Origin: an uncultured Aminicenantes bacterium
GTDB taxonomy: Bacteria > Acidobacteriota > Aminicenantia > UBA2199
NCBI GenBank assembly: GCA_965195285.1
Contig: CBDAFS010000055.1
Span: forward strand, 61,728-125,727
DNA: 64,000 nucleotides
Direction: 5' to 3'
Made by a program: the position numbers and the translations under genes. The notes under the pieces were generated by a model that was not told the origin of the DNA, searched no databases, and was given only the letters and a program-made list of their open reading frames with translations. Positions 39,325-49,159 of the stretch are shown here, one piece after another; position 1 is the first letter of the stretch, and each line of letters begins with the position of its first letter.

Positions 39325-39972
39325 TCAGGGTCGACTGCCCAGATAACATCTCATCAACTGAAAGGAATAATCCATGATATCCCCGGTCTTGATCCCCATC
39401 ATTTTTTCAAAGAATTCTCCCTTGGATTCTATAATCTGCATGACACCGTTGGAATGGGCCCACAATACAATGGATATCAATAATGGATCAAGGTCAGGCT
39501 GAAGACTTCCATCCTGGATTCCGGTTTTAACAGCCTCCTGCATAAATCCAAACAACTTGTTTCCGGTTTCATTACAACGAGCAACATAAGGATTTTTCTC
39601 ATTGCATTTGATTTCAATCTTATGTCCTTCGTGGTGCAGCATGGCATTTGCATATTCCGGGTATTGTTTGTAAAAATCATAGTAGGCTTTTCCGATAGCA
39701 TTCAACTTATCGATTCCTTTCTCCTCTTTGGCTACTACTTTTTCAAATGAAGAATAAAGAAGATTGAGTCCTCGATGAATAATGGCATGGTATAAATCAT
39801 CCTTATTCTGGAAGTAAAGATAAAGGGTACCCTTGCTCAATTCAGCGGCTGCTGCCACTTCATCCATGCTTGAATTTTCAACTCCCTCCGAGAAAAATAT
39901 TCTCTCGGCCGCATCAATAATGGTTTTCTTTCGCTGTTCCTTCTCTCTTTCACGTCGTTCGGTTATACCCAT
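39325..39972 (-). CDS. TetR/AcrR family regulator
   Basis: SMDEVAAAAELSKGTLYLYFQNKDDL HTH. Confidence 0.95.
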   Translation of the reverse strand: MGITERREREKEQRKKTIIDAAERIFFSEGVENSSMDEVAAAAELSKGTLYLYFQNKDDLYHAIIHRGLNLLYSSFEKVVAKEEKGIDKLNAIGKAYYDFYKQYPEYANAMLHHEGHKIEIKCNEKNPYVARCNETGNKLFGFMQEAVKTGIQDGSLQPDLDPLLISIVLWAHSNGVMQIIESKGEFFEKMMGIKTGDIMDYSFQLMRCYLGSRP

Positions 39973-39994
39973 ATATTCCTCCAGTTCACAAATC

Positions 39995-40086
39995 TGACCT
40001 GCGGTCTTTTATTAGACAAGGATTTAATTTTTGACTGCTGGTCATATCATTAACAACAGTATAGAACAATTTTTTATTCCTGTCAA
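39995..40086 (-). promoter_or_regulatory. Promoter and candidate TetR operators
   Basis: TTGACA-N17-TATACT (40086-40058); palindromes TGACTGCTGGTCA (40032) and TGACCTGCGGTCT (39995). Confidence 0.55.
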
Positions 40087-40147
40087 CTTTTTTTTAATTT
40101 TTTAGAATTTTTTTAAATGGGATTTCGGATTTACCGATAGAACAAAA

Positions 40148-40966
40148 TCAGTTCCGGTCTTCTTCTTCAAGAAATCCGATGGCTTTGGTGGGACACTTGC
40201 CCACCCACTGCATGGCTTCTTCATTCTCCAGGACATCAAAGTTGTTAATCATGGAGAGATTGTTTTCCACCACGATCTCGCTGTTCTGGACCCCTTTGGT
40301 ACAGATCATGCAGCCGGTGCAAGCATTTTTACAATTCTTCCGGGAATTCTTGGGATTGTCCAGGGACTTGCAGAACACGAAGAATTTTCGGGAAATCGGG
40401 TGGAGTTCTAATAAATTTTTAGGGCAGGCTTTCACACACAAGCCGCAGGCCGTACACTTCTCCCTGTCCACTACCGGAAGCCCCTCTTTGTCTATGTACA
40501 GGGCATCAAAATTACAGGCGTCCACACAATCGCCATAGCCCAGGCACCCGTAGCTGCAAAACTTATCCCCACTCTGGACCAGGGAGGCGGCATAACACTG
40601 CCGGATGCCCCGGTAGTCGGCCTTTCTTCGGGCCGCTGTTTCGGTCCCGCGGCAGAGCAGCACCGCCACCTGTCTTTCGGTTTCAATGATTTCCACTCCC
40701 AGAACCCGGGCGATTTCCCGGGCTGTTTCAGAACCTCCTACCGGACAGCTGCTGGCATCGACCTGGCCGCTGGTTATGGCTTCGGCCAGGGCCCGGCATC
40801 CCGGATACCCGCAGGCCCCGCAATTGGCCCCTGGCAAAACTTCTTCAACTTGATCGATTTTAGGATCTTCCTCTACTTTAAATTTATTCCTTGCAATGGA
40901 CAGGCCAAAGGCAAAAAACGCACCCAGTATTCCCATGGTCAGGATGGATATGGCTATATTGAACAT
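40148..40966 (-). CDS. rnfB: Rnf complex subunit B
   Basis: LPGANCGACGYPGC and further ferredoxin Cys motifs. Confidence 0.93.
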   Translation of the reverse strand: MFNIAISILTMGILGAFFAFGLSIARNKFKVEEDPKIDQVEEVLPGANCGACGYPGCRALAEAITSGQVDASSCPVGGSETAREIARVLGVEIIETERQVAVLLCRGTETAARRKADYRGIRQCYAASLVQSGDKFCSYGCLGYGDCVDACNFDALYIDKEGLPVVDREKCTACGLCVKACPKNLLELHPISRKFFVFCKSLDNPKNSRKNCKNACTGCMICTKGVQNSEIVVENNLSMINNFDVLENEEAMQWVGKCPTKAIGFLEEEDRN

Positions 40967-41005
40967 GTTGTCTTCCTCATTCCGGTTTCAGACTCGGCAT
41001 GATCA

Positions 41006-41584
41006 TCAGATTAACCCGGCAAATCCCATGAAGGCCAGAGATAAAATTCCGGCCACGATCAGGGTGATGCCCGCTCCCTTCAAAGATTCCGGTATATCAG
41101 CGGTCTCCAGTTCTTCCCTTATCCCGGCCATAATCACCAGGGCAAGGGTGAATCCCACACCTGCTCCCAGGCCGAAAACCAGGCCCTGGATAAAGCTGTA
41201 TTCCCGTAGAGAAATAAACAGGGCCAGCCCCAAAATGGCGCAGTTGGTGGTGATCAGGGGAAGGAAAATCCCCAGGGCCCGGTACAACGGCGGACTGATC
41301 TTCTTGATAACCATTTCCACAAACTGCACCTGGGAGGCAATCACCAGGATAAACACTACATATTGCAGGATCTCCAGGTGAAAGGGAATCAGGATTAAAT
41401 GGTTAATCAGCCAGGTGATCACCGCGGTGATGGACATCACAAAAATGACGGCCAGCCCCATGGAAAAAGCGGCATCGATTTTCTTGGATACGCCTAAAAA
41501 GGGACAGATTCCTAAGAAATAACTCAGTACAAAATTGTTGATGATGGCCGCCGATATGAAAAGCAGTATCAATTCCATTTTCAC
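41006..41584 (-). CDS. rnfA: Rnf complex subunit A
   Basis: FLGICPFLG and LPLITTNCAILG. Confidence 0.93.
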   Translation of the reverse strand: MKMELILLFISAAIINNFVLSYFLGICPFLGVSKKIDAAFSMGLAVIFVMSITAVITWLINHLILIPFHLEILQYVVFILVIASQVQFVEMVIKKISPPLYRALGIFLPLITTNCAILGLALFISLREYSFIQGLVFGLGAGVGFTLALVIMAGIREELETADIPESLKGAGITLIVAGILSLAFMGFAGLI

Positions 41585-42195
41585 ACCGTTCCTTTACTGG
41601 ACCTGTTTTTGATTACCCCGGACACGCCCAGGATAATACCCAGCATAAAAAAGGCGCCCGGGGGCATGATCATGATTACCCAGGGTTTGAAAAACGCGGG
41701 CATGAGTTTGATGCCGAACCAGGTCCCATAGCCTAAAATTTCCCGGAAGGATGACAGCAGCACCAGGGCGATTAAAAAACCCAGGGACATTCCCAGGGCA
41801 TCCACCAGGGACATTTTTACCGTGTTCTTGGAGGAAAAGGCCTCCTGCCGGCCCAGGATAATGCAGTTCACAATGATCAGGGGAATAAAAGGCCCTAATG
41901 CCTTGGAGATATCGTAAAAATATGCAGCCAGGAACCGGTCGGCCAGGGTGACAAAAGAGGCAATAATCACAATATAGGAGGCAATCCTCACCGATCCCGG
42001 TATCCACTTCCTGAAAGTCGATACCATCAAAGAAGACATGATCAGCACGAATGAAGTGGCCAGCGCCATGGCCAGGCCGTTCACCACCGTAGTGGTCACG
42101 GCCAGGGTGGGACACATACCTAACAGTTGGACTAGGACCGGGTTATCATTCCACAATCCCTTGGCAAATTCAAAAGCCGGCGTTCCTTTTTTCAC
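41581..42195 (-). CDS. rnfE: Rnf complex subunit E
   Basis: LGMCPTLAVT, PLIIVNCIILGR and PPGAF. Confidence 0.93.
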   Translation of the reverse strand: MKKGTPAFEFAKGLWNDNPVLVQLLGMCPTLAVTTTVVNGLAMALATSFVLIMSSLMVSTFRKWIPGSVRIASYIVIIASFVTLADRFLAAYFYDISKALGPFIPLIIVNCIILGRQEAFSSKNTVKMSLVDALGMSLGFLIALVLLSSFREILGYGTWFGIKLMPAFFKPWVIMIMPPGAFFMLGIILGVSGVIKNRSSKGTV

Positions 42196-42196
42196 T

Positions 42197-42781
42197 TTAT
42201 TTCACCCTATTTTGTTTGATTTTTTGATGTCCTCGAAGCTTTTTGAGGTTGTCATTGATAATGGACAGCAACTTTTGGGTAGAAATGGTTGCCGCTGATA
42301 TGGCCTGGATCATGTTACTGCCAGGCATTGGTTTCTTGTTTTTGACAAATCCGATCGTCTTGAGAACCGAGAGTCCTTTGAACTGGGCCCGGAAACCCTC
42401 TTTTTTGATGTTGTCCCCCAGTCCCGGGGTTTCCTTCTGTTCCAGGACCTCGATTCCTAACAATTTTGAAATGGCCGGATCCGTGGCAGCAATGATGGAT
42501 ATCTTGTCCTGAAAACCCGAACCGGACAGGATGAATCCCCAGCCCATCAGCTGCTGGCCCTTCAATCCCCGGTAGACCACGAATTTGTCCCCTTTCTCCT
42601 GGATTTCCATTTTTTGGAAATCTGCTGCCCCGGGAATCAACTTTTTCAATCCGGTTTTGATGGCCCTGGCCTTGTTAATCTCAATTTTGGGCTTGGTGAA
42701 GCTGTCCACCACCGCTAATGAACCGCCGGAAATGACCGTGATCAGTGACAATACCATCACCATTCTCAAGGATTCATTCAT
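42197..42781 (-). CDS. rnfG: Rnf complex subunit G
   Basis: ETPGLG and ISAATIST FMN-attachment motif. Confidence 0.9.
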   Translation of the reverse strand: MNESLRMVMVLSLITVISGGSLAVVDSFTKPKIEINKARAIKTGLKKLIPGAADFQKMEIQEKGDKFVVYRGLKGQQLMGWGFILSGSGFQDKISIIAATDPAISKLLGIEVLEQKETPGLGDNIKKEGFRAQFKGLSVLKTIGFVKNKKPMPGSNMIQAISAATISTQKLLSIINDNLKKLRGHQKIKQNRVK

Positions 42782-43736
42782 TTTTAACCTCCCCGAAAAC
42801 CCTGGGCCTGGTATAGCGGTTCATTAGGGGTACAAAACTGTTCATAAATAGAATGGCAAACATGACCCCTTCCGGCAAACCGCCGAATATCCGGATAATC
42901 ATGACCACCAGCCCGATTCCGATTCCGAAGATAACACTTCCCAGCGGGGTGATCGGCGAGGTCACCATGTCAGCGGCCATGTAAAAACCGCCTAACATCA
43001 AACTGCCTGAGAATAGATAAAACAGCGGATCCGCATATTTCTGGGGATCGATCAGGTGCAGTATTCCGGAAAACACAAGGACCGTTGAAAATAGGGAAAC
43101 CGGGATTCTCCAATCCGCCATTTTCAGCAGCAGCAGAATCACCCCGGTGATAATGATCAGTATTGCCGAGGTTTCTCCAATACTGCCGCCGACATTACCT
43201 AAAAACACCTTTTTCAGGGGGGTCAGGTCATTGGAGAACTTCAGGCCTCCCAGGGGTGTGGCCGTGGTGATGGAATCCAGTCTGAAAAAGAAAGGTTTGA
43301 CCCAGGTGGTCATATCCAGGGGAAATGAGGCCTGGAGAAAGGCCCGCCCCACCAGGGCCGGGTTGAAGATATTGAACCCTATTCCACCGAAAACCTGCTT
43401 GCCGATAGCAACGGCCACCATAGAACCCAGGGCCACTTCAAATAAGGGCAAGGTGGGGGGCAGGGTGAGTGCTAACAAAATTCCGGTAATCACGGCTGAC
43501 CCGTCCCAGATTGCAGAAATATCTTTTTTTCGCAGTTTTAAAAAAACAAATTCAGTGATCAGGGCCACTGCCGTGCTCAGCAGAATACGTACCAGGGCAT
43601 GAGTACCGAAAAAATAAACCCCGGCAACGCACATGGGCATGAGCAGGGCCACCACCGTATACATGACTTGAGGAGTGCTTTTTTTACCCTTTAAATGCGG
43701 TGAAGACTCCAGGACAGGATATAATTGATCGGTCAT
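42774..43736 (-). CDS. rnfD: Rnf complex subunit D
   Basis: SSPH, FGGIGFNIFNPALVGR, TTATPL and GETS. Confidence 0.93.
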   Translation of the reverse strand: MTDQLYPVLESSPHLKGKKSTPQVMYTVVALLMPMCVAGVYFFGTHALVRILLSTAVALITEFVFLKLRKKDISAIWDGSAVITGILLALTLPPTLPLFEVALGSMVAVAIGKQVFGGIGFNIFNPALVGRAFLQASFPLDMTTWVKPFFFRLDSITTATPLGGLKFSNDLTPLKKVFLGNVGGSIGETSAILIIITGVILLLLKMADWRIPVSLFSTVLVFSGILHLIDPQKYADPLFYLFSGSLMLGGFYMAADMVTSPITPLGSVIFGIGIGLVVMIIRIFGGLPEGVMFAILFMNSFVPLMNRYTRPRVFGEVKNE

Positions 43737-45061
43737 TTTTTATCCTTGACTTCCTTTTTGATTTCGATGATCCGGTTTTTAGCCACACGGATCCAGTGAA
43801 CCAGGGGGATATTGGAGGGGCATACAAAGGAACAGCAACCGCATTCGATGCAGTTGAGAGCGCCATAGTCCTCGGCCTTGTCCCAGATATCGTTCCGGGC
43901 ATAGCGGGAAATCTTGGTAGGCACCAGAAACATGGGACAGTTATGGACACATTCCGCACAGTTAATGCAATTATACTCTTTTCTGGGTTTGGCCTTGCCC
44001 GTCACTAATATTCCCGAAGTGGCCTTGGTCACCCCTACATCGGGATTGAACTGGGCCACTCCCATCATGGGGCCGCCCAGCAGAATCTTTCCCACCTCCT
44101 GGGAAAATCCGCCCAGATACTCGAATAAAAAAGAAAAGGGGGTACCGATCCGGACCATCAGGTTGGCCGGCCGGGTAAGGGCATCCCCGCTCAGGGTCAC
44201 CACCCGTTTATACAGCGGTATTTTTTTCACCACGGCATCGAATACAGCTGCGGCCGTACCCACATTGGATACCACCACCCCCACGTGCAGGGGAAGTTTA
44301 CCGGGAGGAACCCGGATACCCAGTACCGCATCGATGAGCATCTTTTCAGCGCCCTGGGGGTATTTGGTTTTAACCGCCTTGACCCGGATGGAAGGTTCAT
44401 CCTTACACAGCTCGGTCAGTTTCACAATAGCATCGGGCTTGTTGGTCTCGATACCGATAATGGCTTTTTCCGCAGCCACTGCTTTCATGATGATTTTCAA
44501 ACCAAAAACGATCTTTTCACCGGCTTCCAGCATCAGGCGGTGGTCAGCGGTCAGGAAGGGTTCGCATTCACACCCGTTCAATACCACGGTGTGAATTTTT
44601 ACACCCTCGGGCGGAATGAATTTAACCGCAGTTGGAAAAGCCGCACCCCCCATGCCCACTATACCGGCCTGGCGGATGGAATCCACGATCTGTTTTGCGG
44701 ATAAAGATTGATAATCAACCACAACTGCAGGATCGAAATCCAGTTCTTCGGCTTCCTCGGTCTGGATTTCGATGCAGGTGTCGGAAGCCGCTAATGGGCT
44801 GGGTGCATTGCCCACGTTTTTGACCACACCGGTCACGCTGGAGTGAACCGGGGCCGAGACAAAGGCATCGGCTCGGGCAATGACCTGGCCGGTTTTGACC
44901 CGATCTCCCTTAGTCACCAGTGGTTGCAGGGGGGCACCGATATGCTGCCGAAGCGGGATGATCACCCGGGGAGGCAGGGGTGCTTCCTGAATAGCCAGAT
45001 TTTCTGACAACTCTTTGAATTCTTCAGGATGAATACCTTGTTTAAATGTTCGTGTTTTCAA
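43733..45061 (-). CDS. rnfC: Rnf complex subunit C
   Basis: QHIGAP, GMGGAAFPT, ECEPFLTAD, GGPMMG and two Fe-S motifs. Start moved to TTG 45061 because the longer ORF begins inside the tRNA. Confidence 0.93.
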   Translation of the reverse strand: MKTRTFKQGIHPEEFKELSENLAIQEAPLPPRVIIPLRQHIGAPLQPLVTKGDRVKTGQVIARADAFVSAPVHSSVTGVVKNVGNAPSPLAASDTCIEIQTEEAEELDFDPAVVVDYQSLSAKQIVDSIRQAGIVGMGGAAFPTAVKFIPPEGVKIHTVVLNGCECEPFLTADHRLMLEAGEKIVFGLKIIMKAVAAEKAIIGIETNKPDAIVKLTELCKDEPSIRVKAVKTKYPQGAEKMLIDAVLGIRVPPGKLPLHVGVVVSNVGTAAAVFDAVVKKIPLYKRVVTLSGDALTRPANLMVRIGTPFSFLFEYLGGFSQEVGKILLGGPMMGVAQFNPDVGVTKATSGILVTGKAKPRKEYNCINCAECVHNCPMFLVPTKISRYARNDIWDKAEDYGALNCIECGCCSFVCPSNIPLVHWIRVAKNRIIEIKKEVKDKK

Positions 45062-45085
45062 CGTTTTTCTCTTCTTTTTGATTAC

Positions 45086-45170
45086 TGCCGGAGGGGGGAA
45101 TCGAACCCCCACAGGGCTAGGCCCCGTCAGATTTTGAGTCTGATGCGTCTGCCAATTCCGCCACTCCGGC
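45086..45170 (-). tRNA. tRNA-Leu(CAA), CCA not encoded
   Basis: GCCGGAG acceptor; anticodon arm TCAGA-CTCAAAA-TCTGA; long variable arm; GGGGG-TTCGATT-CCCCC. Confidence 0.95.
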
Positions 45171-45182
45171 AGGCGATGCCAT

Positions 45183-45211
45183 ATTATAGTAACTCAGGCT
45201 TTTTTTGTCAA
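45183..45211 (-). promoter_or_regulatory. Consensus sigma70 promoter for tRNA-Leu (and probably rnf)
   Basis: TTGACA-N17-TATAAT. Confidence 0.8.
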
Positions 45212-45676
45212 TTAAAATCATCAACAAAATCCCAGAATTAAAGCAAAAACATCTTTATGCTTCAGTTCCGATTCCAATTATCAACAATCATAGATTTATT
45301 GGCACCACTCCCAATCGTTCAAAGCTATCCTTTGAAATTAACAAAAATTAAAAAATTAAAACCCCGTCCCCGCTTTTTCGCTTTTTTTCTATGTAATAAG
45401 ATAATACAATTTATCCATATATCAAAACAGGATTGTCTCAAAACAATACATTCCGAAAACAACTCAATATACCTGATATTATTATCTTTATATAATATCT
45501 CTTGAAAAACTGATCTAAAATGAAACAGATTTTTATTCGGGGGAATACCTAAAATCTGTATTATTTCAAGGTTTTAGACTTGTTTTAGATCTGGAAACAA
45601 AATTGCTGATATATAGATTCAAATATTGAGCAATAGCAGAGGATAGAATTTTTGAAAAGAAGGAATATTACAATAT

Positions 45677-46018
45677 ATGAAACATAAGAATCTATGCAAA
45701 AAGATTATCGAATATGTTTGGTCACTAAACTTGGAAGAATTATCACAACTAACAAGATATAAAATCGCAATAAAATTTGGAATTAATGAAAGCTATTTAT
45801 CAAGAAAATTTAAAAATGATACCCAAATGTTACTTTCTAAATTTATTCTGGTTGTAAAAATTAATAGAGCAGAAGATTTGCTAAAAATAAGATCAGATCT
45901 AAATATCAGGAATATTTCCAAACAAGTAGGATTTATAAAAATTGAGCAATTCAGGCAATATTTTAGAGCTAGAACAGGCCTGAATCCGAGTAAATACAGG
46001 AGATACCATCAAAATTAA
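45677..46018 (+). CDS. Stand-alone AraC-type HTH regulator
   Basis: IAIKFGINESYLSRKFK and ISKQVGF..FRQYFRARTGLNPSKYR; no sensor domain. Confidence 0.85.
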   Translation: MKHKNLCKKIIEYVWSLNLEELSQLTRYKIAIKFGINESYLSRKFKNDTQMLLSKFILVVKINRAEDLLKIRSDLNIRNISKQVGFIKIEQFRQYFRARTGLNPSKYRRYHQN

Positions 46019-46156
46019 CATTTTGGGGGGTTGTATTCTCATTGTCTTTTTTAAATAATTTCTAATGAAGAATAAAAATGATTGCAACTTTATTAATAAA
46101 TTGAATATCAATATTATTTTTATTGATAAATATTTAATATAAAAAGGGAGGATAAG

Positions 46157-46336
46157 ATGATTAAAAAGATTTTAAAAATGTTTTTTGTAACTTTAATGTT
46201 ATTTGTTTTAGGTTTATCTATTTTGAATGTTACGTCATTTGAGACAGAAGCTGTTATTGTCAATATGACTTATGTTCATTGGTTGAATAATTGCTACTTA
46301 CCTAAATCCAATTGCGTAATTATACACAAGATATAA
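46157..46336 (+). CDS. Small secreted peptide, 59 aa, with two cysteines (not in ORF track)
   Basis: GGGAGG SD, then MIKKILKMFFVTLMLFVLGLSILNVTSFETEAVIVNMTYVHWLNNCYLPKSNCVIIHKI*; Sec-type signal ending in T-E-A. Confidence 0.75.
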   Translation: MIKKILKMFFVTLMLFVLGLSILNVTSFETEAVIVNMTYVHWLNNCYLPKSNCVIIHKI

Positions 46337-46480
46337 AGAGGTAGATATCATAACTTATAAAATATTATTTCTAAAACAGCATTGAATAATAGTAATCAAG
46401 ATGGAGCAATGTTATCTGTTCCATATAGATTACATATATTGATTAAAATTTAGACAGGGAATAAAAGGAGTGCATTCATT

Positions 46481-47584
46481 ATGAAGAAATTGGTCTTATT
46501 TTATACAGTATTTTTGTTATGTGTCAATTATTTATTTTCACTAAATATAAAAAAGATAAATTCTTTTATTCTTGAACATAAAAAAGAACATTATATTCAC
46601 ATTCCTGGCTCTTTTATTGTAACCGATGATAATTACATATATTTAACAGATAGAAAGGAAGGAAATCTAAAAATATTTGATATTAAAGGAAATTTTATTA
46701 AATCCTTATGGAGAAAGGGACGAGGTCCAAACGAGTTTGTAAGTCCTCATTTGATGACGGATTATCAAACCCAAATATTAGTGACAGACTTTCAAGGGAA
46801 TTCTTTATATGTATTTAATAGAGAGCCGAAAAACATATTAGAATTAAAGGATAAAGTATTCTTCATAACATTAGCAACAGACTTTCATTTTCTAAACTCT
46901 CACGAATTATTGATGTCTGGAAGAATCATAAATGCAGATAACTCCGAGACAGAGAACTACGGTTTATTTAAATATAACTTTGAAACAAATAAATATCATT
47001 ACCTAATACCCTCACACGTCTGTTACGGGTATAAGACTCAAAATGAGTTCAATAAGGCATTCACCTCAAAAATGATCTATATTGGTATACCAAGTTATTT
47101 ATGTGTTACGGAGAGCGATATTTTTTTTGTATATACAGGGGCTCTGAACATTTTAAAATTAAACAGAACTTCCAAAAAGATCTCTTTTTTTGGGAAAAAA
47201 ACCTCAAATTACACAAAGCCATATGTAAGCCCGGAGTTAATAAAAGCATATAATAGATTTGATAGAAATAATACTTATAGAGAAAAAATAAGAAGAACCA
47301 TGTCCTTTGTTTTGGATTTGTTTGCTATAAACAATAAGGAAATAGGACTTATATATTCAAGATTTAAAAAGAATGATGATACTATTGATCTTTTTTTGCA
47401 GGTTTATGATTCATCAGGAACTTTTATTAAAGAATTTTTATTTATGAACACTAAAGCATTTGGTAGAGATGAGTTATTTTTTTATTATAAAAAAAACAAA
47501 AATCTATTGCATGTATTGGAAACAAAAACTGACGATGATTTTGAGCAATTTCATGTAATTAGTGTATACAAAATAGAGAAATGA
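46481..47584 (+). CDS. Secreted 6-bladed beta-propeller/NHL-like protein
   Basis: Signal peptide; IYLTD...LKIFDIKGNFIKSLWRKGRGPNEFVSP motif. Confidence 0.7.
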   Translation: MKKLVLFYTVFLLCVNYLFSLNIKKINSFILEHKKEHYIHIPGSFIVTDDNYIYLTDRKEGNLKIFDIKGNFIKSLWRKGRGPNEFVSPHLMTDYQTQILVTDFQGNSLYVFNREPKNILELKDKVFFITLATDFHFLNSHELLMSGRIINADNSETENYGLFKYNFETNKYHYLIPSHVCYGYKTQNEFNKAFTSKMIYIGIPSYLCVTESDIFFVYTGALNILKLNRTSKKISFFGKKTSNYTKPYVSPELIKAYNRFDRNNTYREKIRRTMSFVLDLFAINNKEIGLIYSRFKKNDDTIDLFLQVYDSSGTFIKEFLFMNTKAFGRDELFFYYKKNKNLLHVLETKTDDDFEQFHVISVYKIEK

Positions 47585-48066
47585 AAAATTATATTATTGG
47601 AATACTTATAGTATTTGTTTTATTCTTATGTAGTTTATTTTACAAGAATAACAACCAATCAAATTTTGAATGTTTTCCAATACCAAAAAGCTTAATTGCT
47701 CAATCTGAACATCCAATCTTATATATTTTTATTGTTTTTTCAAAGGATAATTGCAGTGATTGTTTAGGTATTATAGATGTATTGAATAATCTTCCCTCTA
47801 ATTTTATTGTTTGTGGAATTGTTAATAAGGAAGAAATGAAGGATGAAAATGAGTTCAGAACTATAATTGGGGCTAATTTCCAACTAAAAACTTCTTTTAG
47901 CAAATTAACAAAGTTCTCGCCAAATTATACCCCAACAATCATTGGGGTTGGTCAAAATGGTAAAATATATTTTGTTCTCCCTGGAGTTCCCAATGAAAAA
48001 GAGTACTTGGAAAAGTTCTTGAATGACTTCTATACACGAGCCTTCCCATTATTAATGACAAAATAG
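47581..48066 (+). CDS. Membrane-anchored thioredoxin-fold protein
   Basis: N-terminal TM segment, CSDC motif after a beta strand, YTPT cis-Pro-like loop; ATGA-coupled to the propeller gene. Confidence 0.6.
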   Translation: MKNYIIGILIVFVLFLCSLFYKNNNQSNFECFPIPKSLIAQSEHPILYIFIVFSKDNCSDCLGIIDVLNNLPSNFIVCGIVNKEEMKDENEFRTIIGANFQLKTSFSKLTKFSPNYTPTIIGVGQNGKIYFVLPGVPNEKEYLEKFLNDFYTRAFPLLMTK

Positions 48067-48199
48067 TACTCACATTTACATTCAAATCTCAAACTATTTG
48101 AAAATCCATTTTTTTCCTGATAAAAAATGAACTGAGGGACTCAATCTGTTAAAAAGTGTGTAAAATTCTTAACACTACCAAACTTTCGAAACTTCTGAA

Positions 48200-48424
48200 A
48201 AATTACAACTGGGCCGTTGCGGAGAATCTCTTGGAAAAAGTTGTGAAAGAAAGGCTCCTACATCAAAGTTGCTAAAAACAAATTTGTATTGATAGATCCA
48301 ATACCTGCTATTCAACACTTCTACATTTATACGCACCGTACCCTCTTTAACACCCAACTCCGGTAATATATGACAAAGATTTCTTACTTAATTAAAAAGT
48401 GGTGCAATAAATGGGAGCAGGTCA
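48200..48424 (+). pseudogene. Degenerate IS3-family transposase 3' remnant with right end
   Basis: Fragments NWAVAENLLEKVVKERL, IQHFY and TPVIYD resemble the NAVAESFF..LKKE / FYN..R.HSSL..TP C-terminus; terminus reads 5'-TGACCTGCTCCC on the minus strand. Confidence 0.45.
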
Positions 48425-48427
48425 AGT

Positions 48428-48598
48428 TCAATCAGTACTAATAATATTTACTATGCTTTTATAATCAGATGCATCTTTAAAAATATAATGAGGACTATAC
48501 TTTTTTAAGGTCTCATATGAATATTCACCGGATGCTAATGAAATAATTTTAGCCCCTACAGAAAAGGCACATTCGATATCCCTTTTTAATGTATTTGA
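48428..48598 (-). pseudogene. C-terminal fragment of a HAD-family hydrolase
   Basis: Hand translation RDIECAFSVGAKIISLASGEYSYETLKKYSPHYIFKDASD; no intact N-terminus. Confidence 0.5.
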
Positions 48599-48831
48599 AA
48601 TTGCCCTCTATTTTGTAATTATTTTTTTTTACTGACATACTAATAACAATTCTGATTTCAAAACTGTGTCACTAACTGTGTCACCTGATGGTACAGTTTA
48701 ATACAGATAATACGTTTAATTGGAATACTACAAAACTGCTGTAAATCCCGAAAACATGCATTATCACTGATTATAGAGCTATATTGCCCGTTTCGCAAAA
48801 CTACTAAAAATGATGGGGTCATAAAAATGAT

Positions 48832-48996
48832 GGGGTCAGGTCTTGCATTGCAGCATTTTCAGTGAAATCAATTGTTACATTATATTATTTTTATAACTCA
48901 TTCCTTTCACCCCCATCAAATATAACATCCCAATTAAATATGAATCCTCAAAAATGTTGGGAACAATTGATATCTTTATTCTTTAGACCTGACCCC
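48832..48996. mobile_element. MITE-like repeat family A, copy 1
   Basis: Terminal inverted repeats GGGGTCAGGTCT...AGACCTGACCCC; the 3' ~95 bp is shared with 50377-50536. Confidence 0.8.
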
Positions 48997-49159
48997 GATC
49001 ATTCTTGGAAAATTATTCAACAGAGCAAGAATGAAAAATCACAAAAAGTGAAGAAGTCAAGAAGTCATGCACCGTCACCCTATTTTTTACGTCACCCTAT
49101 TTTTTATCAAGCAACGTCCCCTCTATATTCATCCTTTTTATGTTAGAATGACATACTGT

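Noticed and set aside
33799-45061. Numerous antisense and alternate-frame ORFs in the RND and rnf operons
   Set aside because: Shadow frames of well-supported genes, with no motifs of their own.
45029-45505. ORFs 45029-45241, 45257-45505 and the rnfC extension to 45112
   Set aside because: They overlap the tRNA or lie in AT-rich intergenic DNA without an SD or recognisable motifs.
48862-49146. 94-aa ORF sharing LISLFFRPDP with ORF 9874-10158
   Set aside because: The shared peptide is the translated MITE-A end.
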